Below, one piece after another: positions 10,445 to 24,060 of a stretch of 64,000 nucleotides of DNA (positions within the stretch are counted from its first letter, which is position 1; each line of letters starts with the position of its first letter). This DNA comes from Tubulanus polymorphus (Eukaryota; Animalia; Nemertea). Both the position numbers and the translations under genes were made by a program. Location of the stretch: the NCBI RefSeq assembly GCF_964204645.1, contig NC_134030.1, positions 14,198,110 through 14,262,109 of the forward strand, given 5' to 3'. The notes under the pieces are model-generated. The model searched no databases. It was not told the origin of the DNA and saw nothing but the letters and a program-made list of their open reading frames with translations.

Positions 10445-12510
10445 CTGAAAAGAATATTCGTTATATTTGAATATAACGTTTGAAAGCTAGGCGTAAAGAG
10501 TAATGCAGAATCTCTTTTCCTGTATAGAAATAACTCCGAGACGAAGGAAAAATCATGAAATAAGAATCACCCCTTTGCGTATAAGTGATCGTCTAGGGAT
10601 AGATTGCGCATCTGCTATTGATTCAAAACAGACTAATTGAATAATTGATAATAACGTGCGATCATTAATTACATCAGAGTACAGATTGTTCAGGAGACGA
10701 GAATCGGTAAGCAGGTGTTTGTCTTACAGATAATTGGCTACAAACTTATGTTTCCCTTCGTTATCTATCGGTAATTAGCACGTTTTCTGTTGTGAGAGTG
10801 GCCGATTAATCCTTGTACACGTTGTTCGCTCGAAATCTACCGACAATTTACGGAATTTGCCTATAAAGGAGCGTTCGCGATAGTCTGCGTGAAGTTTATC
10901 TGCTTTCATTTAATCATCAAAGCAATGGTAAACATGGTCACAGGGTTCTTTAGATTTGCACGGTTCATCACAATTCTGGATTAAAATTGTAATAACGCTT
11001 TCGCCTGAGAAATTTTTTGCCGCGAATGTCCACGATCAAAGATAACTGCCCATTGAGTATACGACGATCACCGGCATTTAACAAACATGCACGAGTCACC
11101 CGATCCTTAAAACCTCGAGCCTTAATTATCTAATAGCAACACGTTTTTAGTGTGGCGAATAGGCTTAGGGATTATCCTCGTTTGATATGGAAAATGTATT
11201 ATCTAAACCGTGGAATACGAGAGTTGTTTTTTAGACAGTCTATCGTATGAAACCGTGTCTTTTGCCCACGAGTAGAAAATGTGTACAAGGTGTGAGATAA
11301 AATGCTTTCGAGCATCAGTAGAGACCTCGCATGAAGTTGGTATGCGGGAGTAGAATAAAACACACGATCTCCGTTATGCGAGTAGAATGCGTGTGGTGTC
11401 TCTTAAACTGGGCGTCTCTGTCAATTTAGGAAGACGATTAGGTCTATTACCTCTATTAAGTGTAAATTTATTAGCGATATTGAAACGATCAGTTTACTTT
11501 CATTCTTCGGTGATCAGTCCGGGACCAATTTACCGCTGGTGTAACCAAGCGTATTATTGCGCACGTTGTTCGTAACCGTGTTTAATAGTGACAGGGGTGC
11601 GGTAAAAGTAAGATGGATCACCAGCTCAATTCACAATATCAGCATAATACAATCTGATCATGTTTTACACTCGTCTAAAAACTTCAGGTAGCTCCATCTT
11701 TTAATATAGTCAAGCCGGATCGCGATGTGCCGAATTTGACGCATGGCGTATCGGTACTGTAGAAAACCGTTAATTCATTCAATAAAGCATAATAGGCTTT
11801 ATCATTACATATTTTTAGTGAAGCGGTTCGAATAATTCTCACTTTCGGGTAGGTTTCCATTCATTTGTTTGAATTAAGTCGTATCAAGATAATCTCAAAG
11901 TCTGATTGATTGATTTTTTGACTGGCATTTGCAGCTTCTGATGGACATCCCTACTGTCATGATTGTATTATTTCAATTTGAAATTCGTGGATTTCTTGGC
12001 ACGGCAAACAGGCACACATATAGAGTTGCGATTTTAATATAGGGTCTAATCGTTTTAAAACCCCACTGATAATGAATATCGTAACAATTGGTCCCATTTA
12101 AGTCGAATTTCACTTATCTAGTACAAAAATCTTTTTCCCACAGTTTTCTGGACATAACGATGGAACATGCACAAACATGACACATTGTTGACGCCGTTAC
12201 ATTGGACATCAAATGGCAATGAACGGTCACTTTTTTCATCAGTGTCCAGCTTACAGTGCCCCTCCAGTTGCACAATATGACACGCGTTTGTGACCTCTTG
12301 GACCTTCCACTTGGGACCAGTTTGAATGGATTCTTAGGATTCACTGTAACCTAAGATTTCTGATGCACACTCAAGGAATCAGTTACAAGTGGTGAAACCG
12401 ATGTCTGACGTATTACAGTCAAACCCCGTCATAACGACAACGGGTAGCGATTTAGAGCAAATCCCAAGCGGCTCCATCTGTCAAACGACGACTCGTGTCA
12501 ATTAACTCAC

Positions 12511-12661
12511 CTATCTCATCACTTAAATAATCGGGCTCTTCATCGGGATCTAATCGTTTTCCAAATCTGCCTTGGGGTCGCCACTGCTGTTCACTTTCTG
12601 TTACCAATATGAGAAGTATAAACACGGTTGCCAGGGCGTACAAATATCCAATCGGTTTCAT
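12511..12661 (-). CDS. luqin: Luqin neuropeptide precursor, coding exon 1 (signal peptide + QQWRPQGRF-GKR)
   Basis: MKPIGYLYALATVFILLILVTESEQQWRPQGRFGKR: signal peptide, luqin-type WRPQGRFamide and amidation/cleavage site. Upstream acceptor ttttacacag; phase-1 donor G|GTGAGT at 12510. Confidence 0.92.
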
Positions 12662-15600
12662 ATTCGCTGTGTAAAACAAAAAATAACAAAGTCCAATGTA
12701 AAATTTGTTCGAGATGATCAAGAGAGAATTCCCACAATAAATTCTGCCAAAAATGAAAACTTATTAAACTATATTAAAATGATATCTATATTTCGATCAA
12801 CGTTTCGGCTAAATACTATTAGCCATCATCTTCTCTCGTTATTCATCATACACGGATATTGTGTTTCTTCTGGTCTCATGATAAACATATACTTGTATTC
12901 TTCCATGTATATTTTTATACATATATGTTTATGAATTGAGTGTTTGTGATGGAATTTTAGTGTAGCCAAACATTGGTCGGTCATTCTACAGGTGATGACA
13001 TAAAATAATATACAACCATTATTCGATATAGTTTGACAAAATATTACAAAGCTGAACATGACACCACCCTTTCCATCGTATCAAAAGCAAAATCTATAAT
13101 AGATCGATATTCAGTAGCAGACGCGGCATTTTAGTGCCATTAATTAAGGCTTATCTCGATACTTCAAAATTAGAACGAAATGATACAGACAAACAAGGGT
13201 GTATCCACTAATTTCACAAATACCAGATATAAGACGAATTAACTCGTTCAATGTTTCATTCAAAAGTGATTTGGGCCTAGTTAGTGGTTTTTGAATAGTT
13301 CCTCTCGACAATCTACACAGTCGTTTTAGTCAATTCTCCCTCTTCCTCATCCGAGATTTTTCAGGTGAAAGCACGACATTTTTACAACTAGAAAGTGACG
13401 CAACGCCACGTATAGCATATTTAAAGATTTAAGTTAAGATTTTACCCCTGTTGAATTGTGGACAAGTAAAATATACTAACAAAGTTATTTTGATGCGTGT
13501 AGAGTGCTAACAAGGAATTCAAGATGTCTGCAATGGCAGGCATATTGTATAAGCAAGAACGTTGATTTCACTAGGTATACTCCACAAACCTACCCATTAC
13601 ACATACCAAGTTTAAAAGGAATCACACGTTATTTAATGGCAGAGAGCTTTGAAACATAAAAACCGATCAAAATTGTAGAATTAATGGACGCGCAGAAAAA
13701 AGAAATATCCTATAGTATACTCGTGTATACTGACGCACAACAATTATCAATTATACTCGCGTTTACAGCCAATCTTCGAACGGGTATTAGACACACCTAT
13801 GCGTAACACACAACTCAAGACAACCGATCAAGGCTGTACTTTTCGGCTGCAAATTGAATAGTTGTTACCATCTTTCTAATATTCACGTCCCTTGGCCGCG
13901 TTCTTACCGACGGTCTATCAATGCGCATAGCACTGACCGTTCGGTCGGGACGCATACACGGACCTAACTATGCACTTTATATTAAAACCACAAAACTGCT
14001 CCGTGTATAACTTTTACTTTTAGGTAAATTCAGCACTATATGAAGAACTACCAACTGCCTCCTTCCTTGACGGAGAAACTCATCCCCATCGGAGCTGCCC
14101 CCTCAATGTCAGACAATTTAACTACACTTCGGATACTAGGACCATACTCTCATCTGGATAATTTGCGTTTCGAAATGTGCTTCTCATCAATCTAGTCAAC
14201 ACTTAGAGGACTTCTATATCAAAATATCGGCCAAAAAAATCACAATTAACTATCGGGCTATAACGCGTGGAAAAAGACCAAAAATTGTAAAAATGTGAAA
14301 CATGATTTTCAAAACATGACCTTGTGATGTAGTTATTTCACGATGTATTAAATCAGCCAACAAATATGACCCCTCCCAGTCACTTGCCGGTTCAGGCTGA
14401 CCGTAAGGTTGTTCGAATGAACCGGAACCGATATTTCCAATTATCTACTTCGATTTAAACAGTATATTCTGTAAACTCGACCACCTATCATCCAACTGCG
14501 TAAATCTGTACTTCGATTTCCGATTTCACAATTAAACCCCTTATTTCGATCCCGGCAGGTGTGGTGGCTTTGTAAGGGACACCAAATTAAAAAAGATAAA
14601 CGAAATCTACCAATCAAATGTATAACAGGGTTAATCCCTATTTTAAGATTAATTAAAACAAGACATTTAAGATGCCGTGGTGGTTTTATTAGATGAGCGT
14701 GAAACCTAATTTTTGATAGGTTTCATCCATCGACCTACCCCATTACACATAAGTAGTTTAAAAGATATCGCACGTTGTTGAATTACTTGATGTGTGTTAA
14801 ATAATTATCAATATCATTATAACTTTCAAGAAAATCGCGGTAACGAGGGAAAGCGCACGACGTACGGTGTAGCCAGAGTTAAATAATTGTCACCCCGCCC
14901 TAGCGAGATGACAATCGCTAAAATGTGTTAGACGAAATGATGTCAGTGAAACGCATTTCGGTAAAAAATAGCGATGAATCATGCGATGAAAATCCGATAA
15001 CTGTTAGCCATCCTACTAAAAGTATTCGTTCAAAGGTTAATTCTACTTGAGTTTTATTAGCATTAGTGAATGTTGTTTTCCAATGAAGAAAGGATGACAT
15101 CGAGTGCAATAGCTATATTGTATAGAGGCCGTGCTCGTGGCATTATTGTTGCTTGAATGTCCATGTTTTGTGTGACAGTACAGTATACCATATCAAAGTT
15201 TCTCCTGGATCCATCAAATAGAGCACGGATCACAAGTATATATATACTGACACCGGCTGGCCGAATCGACCATGGTAAGTGAGGCTATCACAAAGGATTT
15301 GAAACTAATTACTCCATGCTTTGATTTATATTACACCTCGTATCATTATCGCGTGACGCCGACGTGAAAAGAAGACATCCTTAAATACTGTGGGTATTAT
15401 GACGTCTCAGTCGATTTTGAATCAGTCATGATTAACTAGCTGTAGTTAATGAGCCATGGTCGACATCGAAATTATCTGAATAACAGACCCAATGTGGGAC
15501 TTGTTTACGATTCATCGTGCTGACGTGTGATTGACGAAACCCACATCAATGTACCGTTTTCTTCACACCATTTGCGTGTTAATGGAATATTTCCAACACT

Positions 15601-15689
15601 ACTGTGGTAATCGAGCATTCCACTTATTGCAAGCAAGGATTCACCAGGTTCGCTAGTAGTTACAGTCGTATATTGAAAAACTTAATGTG

Positions 15690-16862
15690 AATTGTGACCA
15701 AAAACTACGGACTTTACTTTATTTATTCATTATCCTTTATGCGGATGACACGGTCATTCTTGCTGAAGATGGGAAATCTCTCCATTCGCATTTAGATACA
15801 CTTTTCGAATATTGCACAAACAAACAGACAACGGTCTCGCGGTGAATGTTAAAACTAAAATATTAGTCTTTGCTCGAAGAAAAAGTAGGATTAAACGAAT
15901 TTCTAAAATCATGTTCAGTAATCAGGAGTTAGAGATAGTTGAGGATTAGTGTATCTGGGAGTGAAATTGAAATTCAATTGGAATGGTAGTTTCGCTAAAG
16001 CAAAAAAAAAAATATCTATCATAAAGCTATGTATTCTATTATCCAAAAGTTCAGGCCTTTGAAACTTCAAGTACATGTAATGTTTGAATTATTTGACGTG
16101 TGTGTCGCTCCTGTCGCGTTGATAAGACTGCGAGTCAGGGGATATGAAAACCTTGATTTATTAGAAAGCCTCCACTGTCTATTTTGTAAAATTATCGTGA
16201 AAGTTCTCATAACCTACAAGAATAAGCGGAGTTAGAACGTTATCCTATGTATATGAGCGTAAAGCAAAGATGATTAAATTTTGGGTAAAAACGATTTCGC
16301 GCAAACAAACTAAACTTAGTTCAACTCTCTAGATATCTTTTAATTTGTATCTGAATGATAGATTATCATTTTCTCGCGTGACCAACACGTGCAAGAGACA
16401 GAATTTAGGCTACATTATAACCCCTTATACACCAATTTTAGGCAATATGAGAAGGAAATTTGAAAACTATATAAATCGGCTTGATGACGCGACTAGTTTA
16501 TTCCTGATCAGGATTGGGTCTTACCTTGGTAAATAGATTGTCAAATCTCCGTCTACCCAGAACCGAAAGATTATGCCCCACCAGTAATTTACTTACCGAA
16601 TTCCGTAACAACTACTTAACTTCAATTACCTTTCGGAACCTTCATGTTTTAATAAATCCAACTTTTAAACTGGCTAGATTTATCAAATTAGGTCTAGATG
16701 TATTAGATCCCTCCGGTAGTATGTAAATAACGTGTGTTATGTTTTCAAATACTTTATTTCCTGCGTTTGTAAATAATTGTTAATACGGATTTTCCTCCAT
16801 ATACCATGGAAATGGTCAGGTAATAAATATTCGTATTCCTATTCCTATTCGTATTCGTATTC
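15690..16862 (+). mobile_element. Degenerate 5'-truncated non-LTR retrotransposon (CR1/L2-group LINE), RT C-terminal part and 3' tail
   Basis: LFIILYADDTVILAE at ~15723-15767, then GLAVNV.KTKILVF and YLGVKL across frameshifts. Ends in AATAAA + (TATTCG/TATTCC)n at ~16822-16862. Confidence 0.85.
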
Positions 16863-17197
16863 TTCCACGTTCAACTTACTCTTAGTTTCAGTTAAATCGA
16901 ATGAAATGTTTTCGTGAATAAACCAAATATATAATTAATGATAACATATGGTGATACCCGAAAAGATTAACTGTATTGTTGATGGGTGCTGTGATGTTGT
17001 ATGGATCCGGGAGTATAAAAATCTGGTTCCAAGTTGATTGATAATATCAACGTAAGACAACTCATCTTGCGGGATAGTGGATGTTACGGTTTCACATCTA
17101 ATCGCGTTCTTTTCGCTTGCTATGCCTAATCATAGTTAGGTGAGTAAATATGTGTGAGTGTGATTGCAGTGAACTGATGTAAATCTCAGTGTAAAGT

Positions 17198-17405
17198 TAA
17201 CGAATAAAACCCACAGTTACTTCTGTAAAAACAGTTTATTGCCTTACAGTTTCGAGGTTCAAACTAAACCTCATCATCAGAGTAACAAAACTATAATGAA
17301 TTTATTGTATTTTTTGTTCCTCTGATGATGAGGCTTAGTTTGAACCTCGAAACTGCGAGGCAATAAACTGTTTTTTTCAGAAGTAACCGTGGGTTTTATT
17401 CGTTA
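17198..17405. repeat. Inverted repeat (~90-bp arms) of Penelope-like terminal repeat, each arm with a minimal hammerhead core
   Basis: 17198-17290 is the near-perfect reverse complement of 17312-17405; each arm has CTGATGA-T-GAGG..CCTC-GAAAC followed by AATAAA. Confidence 0.8.
17242..17283 (-). ncRNA. Minimal type I hammerhead ribozyme
   Basis: Minus strand reads act CTGATGA T GAGGTT tagtttg AACCTC GAAA CT GTA agg: catalytic core, 6-bp stem II, GUA triplet. Confidence 0.6.
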
Positions 17406-18636
17406 TGTGCGAGTGTGCGGCTGCGCGCGTGCGTGCGTGTGTGGCTGAGACCGATGCAGCGAAGTGAACTCGTGGACGTGAGGCTTATCTGTTTGACCAG
17501 TTTGACTAAACGTACATAAATCACGTTTTTACGCCATGTGACGCTAAATTTCAGCAACGAATCTCACATCATCGCTATCGTCATGTCCGCATATTTTAAT
17601 TAGAACTCGGCACGCAGACAAGTCACATCCGGGAATGTACCAGTATCAGTTAATAGGTTACGTGACTTTTCTGATGCTTAAAACATCTGTAATGGTTAAC
17701 ACGAAAATCACACCCGTCATCAAAAACTCGTCACCAAATCCTATTACTGGAGTCATAATTGAAAATGAAATTCGTCTGACGAAACGGCCATCAATTTTTA
17801 ATGGTGTCCATTCAGCTCTTGTTGATTCGGTCGATGTGCCAAAGTGGGAATATCGGGTAGAGCTTGTAATAAAATATTGTATCGCATTCAGTCGATAGAA
17901 AGCATTGATTAACAGTAAGTGTTTATTTCATTGGGAGTGTGTTCGCGTGTAAGCGTGTGTGTAGGAGTCACCCTGCGCTGATAACGTTCCCATACATACC
18001 CCACTGTGAATGTAGCCCACCGACTCTCAGATTAGAATGCCTCATACTGGATTCGCTTTTAAATTGCATGTTTCCTGTTTACCAAAAGGTCCATTTGAGC
18101 GTCGGTGGGCCGATTATACTCAGGCCTTCAACACTGTTTCAATTTGGGTGATTCAGAATCCAGTTGGACAGTTGTGAGGTTAGATCTGACACTGGATCCT
18201 CTATAGCAGTTGGTCTAATCTAACTCAATTAAAGTGGTGGTGTTCAATATACTAGTTTTGAACATGAAAGTGTGGTAGAGTAAGTCTACAAAGGTTATTT
18301 GGGCGTACCAGGTAGATTTGGAACTAGGTGCGTACCGTGGCTACAGTGAATGGCAGATAATATGATGTACATATGGGTGGTAGCGAGAAAATTTCAGACG
18401 AGGCCATCATATTATACGCTCGCAGAATCACAGAGAATTACCTTAAATCGGTGGTAATTTCCGGGGATTTTGTGATAGAAACATACACTCTGTGGAATCA
18501 TCTATTCTTAGAGAATTAATCAAATAAATATAGAGAATTAATCAAATAAATATAGGAAACTATACAATACCATATATGGTAGACTGTATATTTATGGTAA
18601 TTTGGTTGATTAGAATCATACATGGTACAATCCCCC

Positions 18637-18768
18637 GGTGGTTGTGGTGGTGGTGGTGGTGGTGGTGGTGGTGGTTATAGTGGTGGTGGTTATAGTGGTA
18701 GTGGTGGTAGTGGTGGTGGTGGTAGTGGTGGTGGCGGTGGCGGCGGCGGCGGCGGTGGTGGTGGTGGT
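18637..18768. repeat. (GGT/GGC)n microsatellite
   Basis: Directly visible trinucleotide run. Confidence 0.95.
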
Positions 18769-19069
18769 TTGTTCCTTAACCAGTGGTTAAATAATTTACC
18801 CACTGGTTAGCCTATTTTTTATTTACCCAGCCTCACTCTGAAATTGGTCACTCTCATGATGAAAAGACAATTAAAAAGCCAATTTTACAGAAAAAGATTG
18901 CAATGCCTGGTTGTAAGGTTTAAATTCTAGCGTGACTTTTATCTATGGCTCCTCGCCATATATAATGACTAAACGAGTTATTACGAATGACTAAATTGTC
19001 CTCGCAATGCTATATGTATAGATCACTTCCCTGGAATAACGGCTCAAAAAACAAAACGGTGTTCGTTCG

Positions 19070-19211
<142 letters not shown>

Positions 19212-20111
19212 TAATTCATACAGAGACCTCGAGTAGACTCGAGTCCTTTATTTTGCTGGTTTTGGAGGAAAGAAAGTGGAGAGAAGCTGACTGAGTAGTT
19301 AATAAGTGAGAGTTAATGTAAGGGGACAACGTGTTCATTTTCTAATCATAAACAATTGTAGTGAAGTATCAAGCGAATAGTAATCAAATCACATCCACAC
19401 GTTGGAGCCCGGTTAGAACATCGGAATCATATTCCTTCGTTATGAACCAGATGTAAAAACGTTGGTTTTAGGAGTTAGACACAACGCATCGCATCCAGCT
19501 TAGTGGTTATAAATTAAGATTTAACGTTGATTTGAAATCAGTTAATCATTTCCAAACTACTATATTGCCTAACAAACAATCGGGTGATTTGTCTACGGCC
19601 CCGGCTTGACTCAAAGGTGGATCTCAGGTTCTAAATAGATGATCCCGCCTCCAGTAAATTTCGAACTTTCTTCCCAATTTTAATAATCGGGATATATTCC
19701 GATGCTGGATCGATACGAAAATTTGAAAGCGAAACGCTTTCTGCAGATATAATTGCACGTTTGATGTGTGCATTTATAACGGATTTCATTGTTGCCCACC
19801 AGCCAGACGATCTCACGTTAATTAACCGATAGTTAACAGCATTGATTGGTAGATAATATCTAACTGCAGGCAGCCACTAACACCAATCAAAACTCACTAT
19901 CTCACTGCAGGCAACGACTTCCCACACATAAGGAGAATGAACCTTTAAGAATAATTTACTCTACGATTTCCGAAACGGACTTATACGAGATATGTGTTAG
20001 GGCCTCATGATCAATATTTGTGATACGTTTGATAAGAGCAAGTATCGGAAATTCATGATTAGCTACCTATCACGATTAGTTCCTAATAACCATCTTTCTA
20101 CCTCGCATAAA

Positions 20112-20208
20112 ATTTCTTCGACAATTCTTCTGATTGTCGGATTGTCAAAAGAAATTTTTCGACAATACTTCTGATTGTCGGATTGTCGAAGGGTATTTCT
20201 TCGACAAT
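20112..20208. repeat. Short tandem repeat (~42-bp unit, TTCGACAAT.CTTCTGATTGTCGGATTGTC)
   Basis: About 2.3 imperfect copies. Confidence 0.75.
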
Positions 20209-22260
20209 GCCCTTGGCGTATTAATCTGTACTGTTATTCGCCGCCTGAACTGCTTAACCAGAAAACGGAGTTTATTACAAATTTTCTGTTAAAAAAAACA
20301 ACCCTCTCATTTTCAGTGGTAATTTTGATACTGATCGTCTAGAATACGTGGGGGTTTGAAAAGTTCCTTCGTGGAGGTTTTTTTCCCCGGTTACTGGAAT
20401 TGTGTGATGCGGTTCATCGTCCACTCGGCCAGTAGTAGTCGGGAATACTTTATCATTCGACGATTATCTATTTTACTTCTGGAAAATACCGAAGATTTAA
20501 CTTACTTGAATTGTCGACAATTGCTACGATTTAAAATTGTCGACCTATTTTATCTTGACGTTTAAATCATTGGAATTATCGACAAGTATACGTACAGTAG
20601 GCCTAAACGAAAACGTGTCTTTAAGAAAGAAAATCTGTTGTCATGGACCACGAGCTCCGCCGTGGAGAAAGAAACTAAAAATCAAACATCAAAGCGAAAT
20701 CAAATTTATATCAGATCACCTGCCCGAGAGAAATGAAAAAAAACTGTGTAAGGCGAATAAAACAACAAAAGAATTCCCATCTAGTGGAGGCTTGGTGAGA
20801 AATTCTGCTGGCTATTAGAAGAGTGGAATTTTCCAATCTAGCAAAGTAATGTGATACTTTTGTCTTCTCATTTTCGAGCAATTTTCCGGGAACAATGACC
20901 GTAATTTGACTCCGAAACTACGACCTTGAAATCGAGTGAACTTCAAACAAATTCACTACGTTTGAACCGACCAAGGAATTTCGATTGTAGATTGGTCCTT
21001 TTTGCATAGAACTCCTCATTTGTTAGCCTCTATATCATATTCATTGCGCTGCGACTGACCAGCTACGGCGTTATGCTTTAACAATGTGACGTCAACAACT
21101 AGCGGTGACGTTTCAGTGTTGACTTGATATTACTTTACATGATCACGTTTGATAAATAAACCCATCCTTTCGAGACCTTAGAATGGCGTGTATTCATCAT
21201 ATTACATGCAATGAATTGAGTGCCGGTTTAACACTCGGAATTTGTTTACAGTCGTAATTAACCACTTAGAGGTAAAGACACAGACTATATTCTGATTCAA
21301 TTTAACCATACATCAAATCGACGCCCGAATCGAGGCTTTTACGTTAATGGCGTATGTTACACCTAACCACATTCAGTCCCTCGGCGGCACCTCCTACTGA
21401 GATTACCATGCGGAGATTTCTGCGAGTTTTTATTAGTGTTTTATCTAATTAAGATTGATCATTTATGTAATTATCGATACAGCATTGATAATGTTATTAA
21501 ACCTCGGGAGAAGGAGATAATATTGTGTGATTATAGACGAATCAAATAAACTTGTCACCGATATTATTTCACAGAGCCTACGTTACGGTTTTTATTCCGC
21601 CAATAGTAGTTGGGACAAATATTTCGCATTTAAATGTGTTGCATTTTGTCTAATTCATCTAGCTATACTATATGGGAACTGGCAATTTTCAAACCAGATC
21701 ACAGTCATACATTATACTACTGTATGCTATAAGGCCAAAATGATAAGCAAATGTGGAAAGTGCTTTGTCATAGATAAGCTATCGTTCGATGTTTATTTTC
21801 ATTATGATCATGGTTATTATTACAGGGAAGGGTATTCGTATATACATAGATAAATATGTTTTATGTTTGTTCTGACGACAAACCCTAATTGTAATTGTGT
21901 CAATCGAAAATGGCTTTCTTGACCCATAGAAAAAGATAAAGTAACGATATATGTGTGCGTGTGTGTCTTGGTCGCTTTTATTTGATCTACAGAGACGGAA
22001 ATATTCGCCCAAACTCACCACCGTGGAATATCATCACCGATATCTATACATAATGTGTCGAACTGATATTTATGATAGTTGAAATACGGTCTGATAAGAC
22101 ATTGAAACTGAAACGAGAATTGAAAGTGGAAACTAGAATTCTGGAACTGAAAAAACATCAAGAACTCAAGCTATTTTGGAATTTCAGAAGTTCGTGTGGA
22201 ACTATTAAGATTCCGCAATTCATTGCAGATCTTGTTTTGTGATACTACATAGAATACGTG

Positions 22261-24060
22261 ATGAAGTTGATTCAAATATTGTTCCCATTCGTGGCATTAT
22301 TTTCAGTGAATAGTGAGTACCAAAACTGTCCGCCGGAATGTGATTGCTATGACAAAACATTTGACTGTGTGGCACCGGAAAGTGATATTGTAAGCTCTGC
22401 TGACATTTTGGATCAGTGCCCTCAGGATGTAATAGGGATTTCCCTTTACAGTTTTAAATTCAACTTTAGCGAAAGTCTAGTTTTTTCGCGATTTCACCAG
22501 CTGGAATATTTGTACCTGGAAAACTGCAATTTGAATCGGTCTGAGGCTTTGCTTACATCAAAAAGCTTCGTCAACTTCGGTTACGTCTGTGACAGCTCGG
22601 AACAAATTTGCCAAACCGAAGAACAAGTAAAGACAATAATAAATCAGCTACCTCCACAGATAAGTTCATTACGGATCAGTAGCTGGAGGGTAAAATCGAT
22701 AAATGATTTAAACCTTTCTAGGTTTACTCAACTTATCGTATTGGATTTGAGCAAAAATTCCTTATCCACAATCGGTGCTACAAATGTATTTTTCGGCATG
22801 GGAAAACTCAGAGCTTTGCAGCTCAGTTTTAACAAACTGACATCGCTAATGCCGGGTGTGTTCAATGGACTGAGGGCATTAGGATCTCTGGATCTATCCC
22901 ACAACGAGATATACTCGTTGGAAGATGGCGTATTCGCACATTTGAACCAATTAACCGAACTTCGGCTAAAAGGAAATAACCTGACGAATGTATCGTCGAC
23001 CAATCTCACAGGATTGTCACCTTTGAGTTTGGTAACGATTGACTTTTCAGATAATAACCATTTCATGCCGAACTGGGATATGTTCAAAAATCTTCAACGG
23101 CTATCAATAATTTCATTATCTAATTGTTTCACGGATGTTAACCCCTTGCCCACAAACCTTTTTACCGGTTTACATAACATTGCCGCTCTGCACCTTGCCG
23201 GAAATAGACTTACGGCCATTCCGGCCAGTGTTCAGCTGATGGGGTCGCAGTTTCGCACGCTAGATATATCTCATAATTTACTTACTGCAATCAACATCAA
23301 GCTCAACACTCAAATTCCGTCGACCAAAAGCGTCACTTTAGATTTTAGTGATAACCGTATATCCAGAGTAGATAGCGACTCGTTCATAGGCAGTTTTCAC
23401 AAGATCAGTGCAGACGTGGATTTGAGACGAAATCTTCTCCAAGAAATCGATATGAGCGCCATAAAAAAATTAGGTAGAAACGTGCAATTAGATGCGCGTG
23501 ACAACCCGATCATATGTGGAGCCAATTTGTGCGCGTTAAAATGGTGGTCTAGTCAGAAAATGGGTGGCCCCATACTGGTTGACTGTATAAAACAACAGAA
23601 ACGTCGAAAAAGAGTTGACATGTCCGACCTGACCGACTCACAACTTGGATGTTTATACCCGACATTCGTAAAGTGCATCAACGATAAAGTGCGATTACAT
23701 GAAAAAGGCCGGCTTCATTTTACTGCAAAATCTTCCCCGGCGTTTATCGAATTCACCGACGTTCTGATAATTCGAGGAAATAAAACCGAAATGGTCGTAG
23801 AAAGATTAGAAAAATCCAGAATAAGAATTTCGATGTATTTCGACATCGTTTGGGGTGATTTTATCAGTTCGCTAGGTGAAGTCACTGTTGCCACTGCGAA
23901 AGTAACGGCATCTACTGAAATCGAAAATATCACATACAGTGCCACATGTACAAAATCGCTGTTATTTTCGTCCGTTGCAGCTAAGATGACTTGGGATTAT
24001 ACGATGTCGATTTTGATGACCGTTCTGATTATTAACGAAATATCAGAATATGGATCGTAG
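22261..24060 (+). CDS. Secreted/cell-surface leucine-rich-repeat protein (signal peptide, LRRNT, >10 LRRs, LRRCT, hydrophobic C-terminus), single coding exon, 599 aa
   Basis: Signal MKLIQILFPFVALFSVNS; LRRNT CPPECDC; repeats such as LIVLDLSKNSL, LRALQLSFNKL, LGSLDLSHNEI, LTELRLKGNNL; LRRCT-like DNPIICGANLCALKWW..C; C-terminal MSILMTVLII. Confidence 0.92.
   Translation: MKLIQILFPFVALFSVNSEYQNCPPECDCYDKTFDCVAPESDIVSSADILDQCPQDVIGISLYSFKFNFSESLVFSRFHQLEYLYLENCNLNRSEALLTSKSFVNFGYVCDSSEQICQTEEQVKTIINQLPPQISSLRISSWRVKSINDLNLSRFTQLIVLDLSKNSLSTIGATNVFFGMGKLRALQLSFNKLTSLMPGVFNGLRALGSLDLSHNEIYSLEDGVFAHLNQLTELRLKGNNLTNVSSTNLTGLSPLSLVTIDFSDNNHFMPNWDMFKNLQRLSIISLSNCFTDVNPLPTNLFTGLHNIAALHLAGNRLTAIPASVQLMGSQFRTLDISHNLLTAINIKLNTQIPSTKSVTLDFSDNRISRVDSDSFIGSFHKISADVDLRRNLLQEIDMSAIKKLGRNVQLDARDNPIICGANLCALKWWSSQKMGGPILVDCIKQQKRRKRVDMSDLTDSQLGCLYPTFVKCINDKVRLHEKGRLHFTAKSSPAFIEFTDVLIIRGNKTEMVVERLEKSRIRISMYFDIVWGDFISSLGEVTVATAKVTASTEIENITYSATCTKSLLFSSVAAKMTWDYTMSILMTVLIINEISEYGS

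Noticed and set aside
12380-12510. Read-through of luqin exon 1 (GELIDTSRR...) and an alternative-frame C-x9-C segment
   Set aside because: A consensus GTGAGT donor at 12510 and a better phase-matched C-x10-C exon at 10444 show this is intron.
13908-13981. TATAAA plus a candidate non-coding first exon of luqin (donor GTAAGA at 13907)
   Set aside because: Plausible, but TATA-initiator spacing is non-canonical and it cannot be supported without transcripts.
22728-23945. Minus-strand ORFs within the LRR gene
   Set aside because: Antisense shadows.
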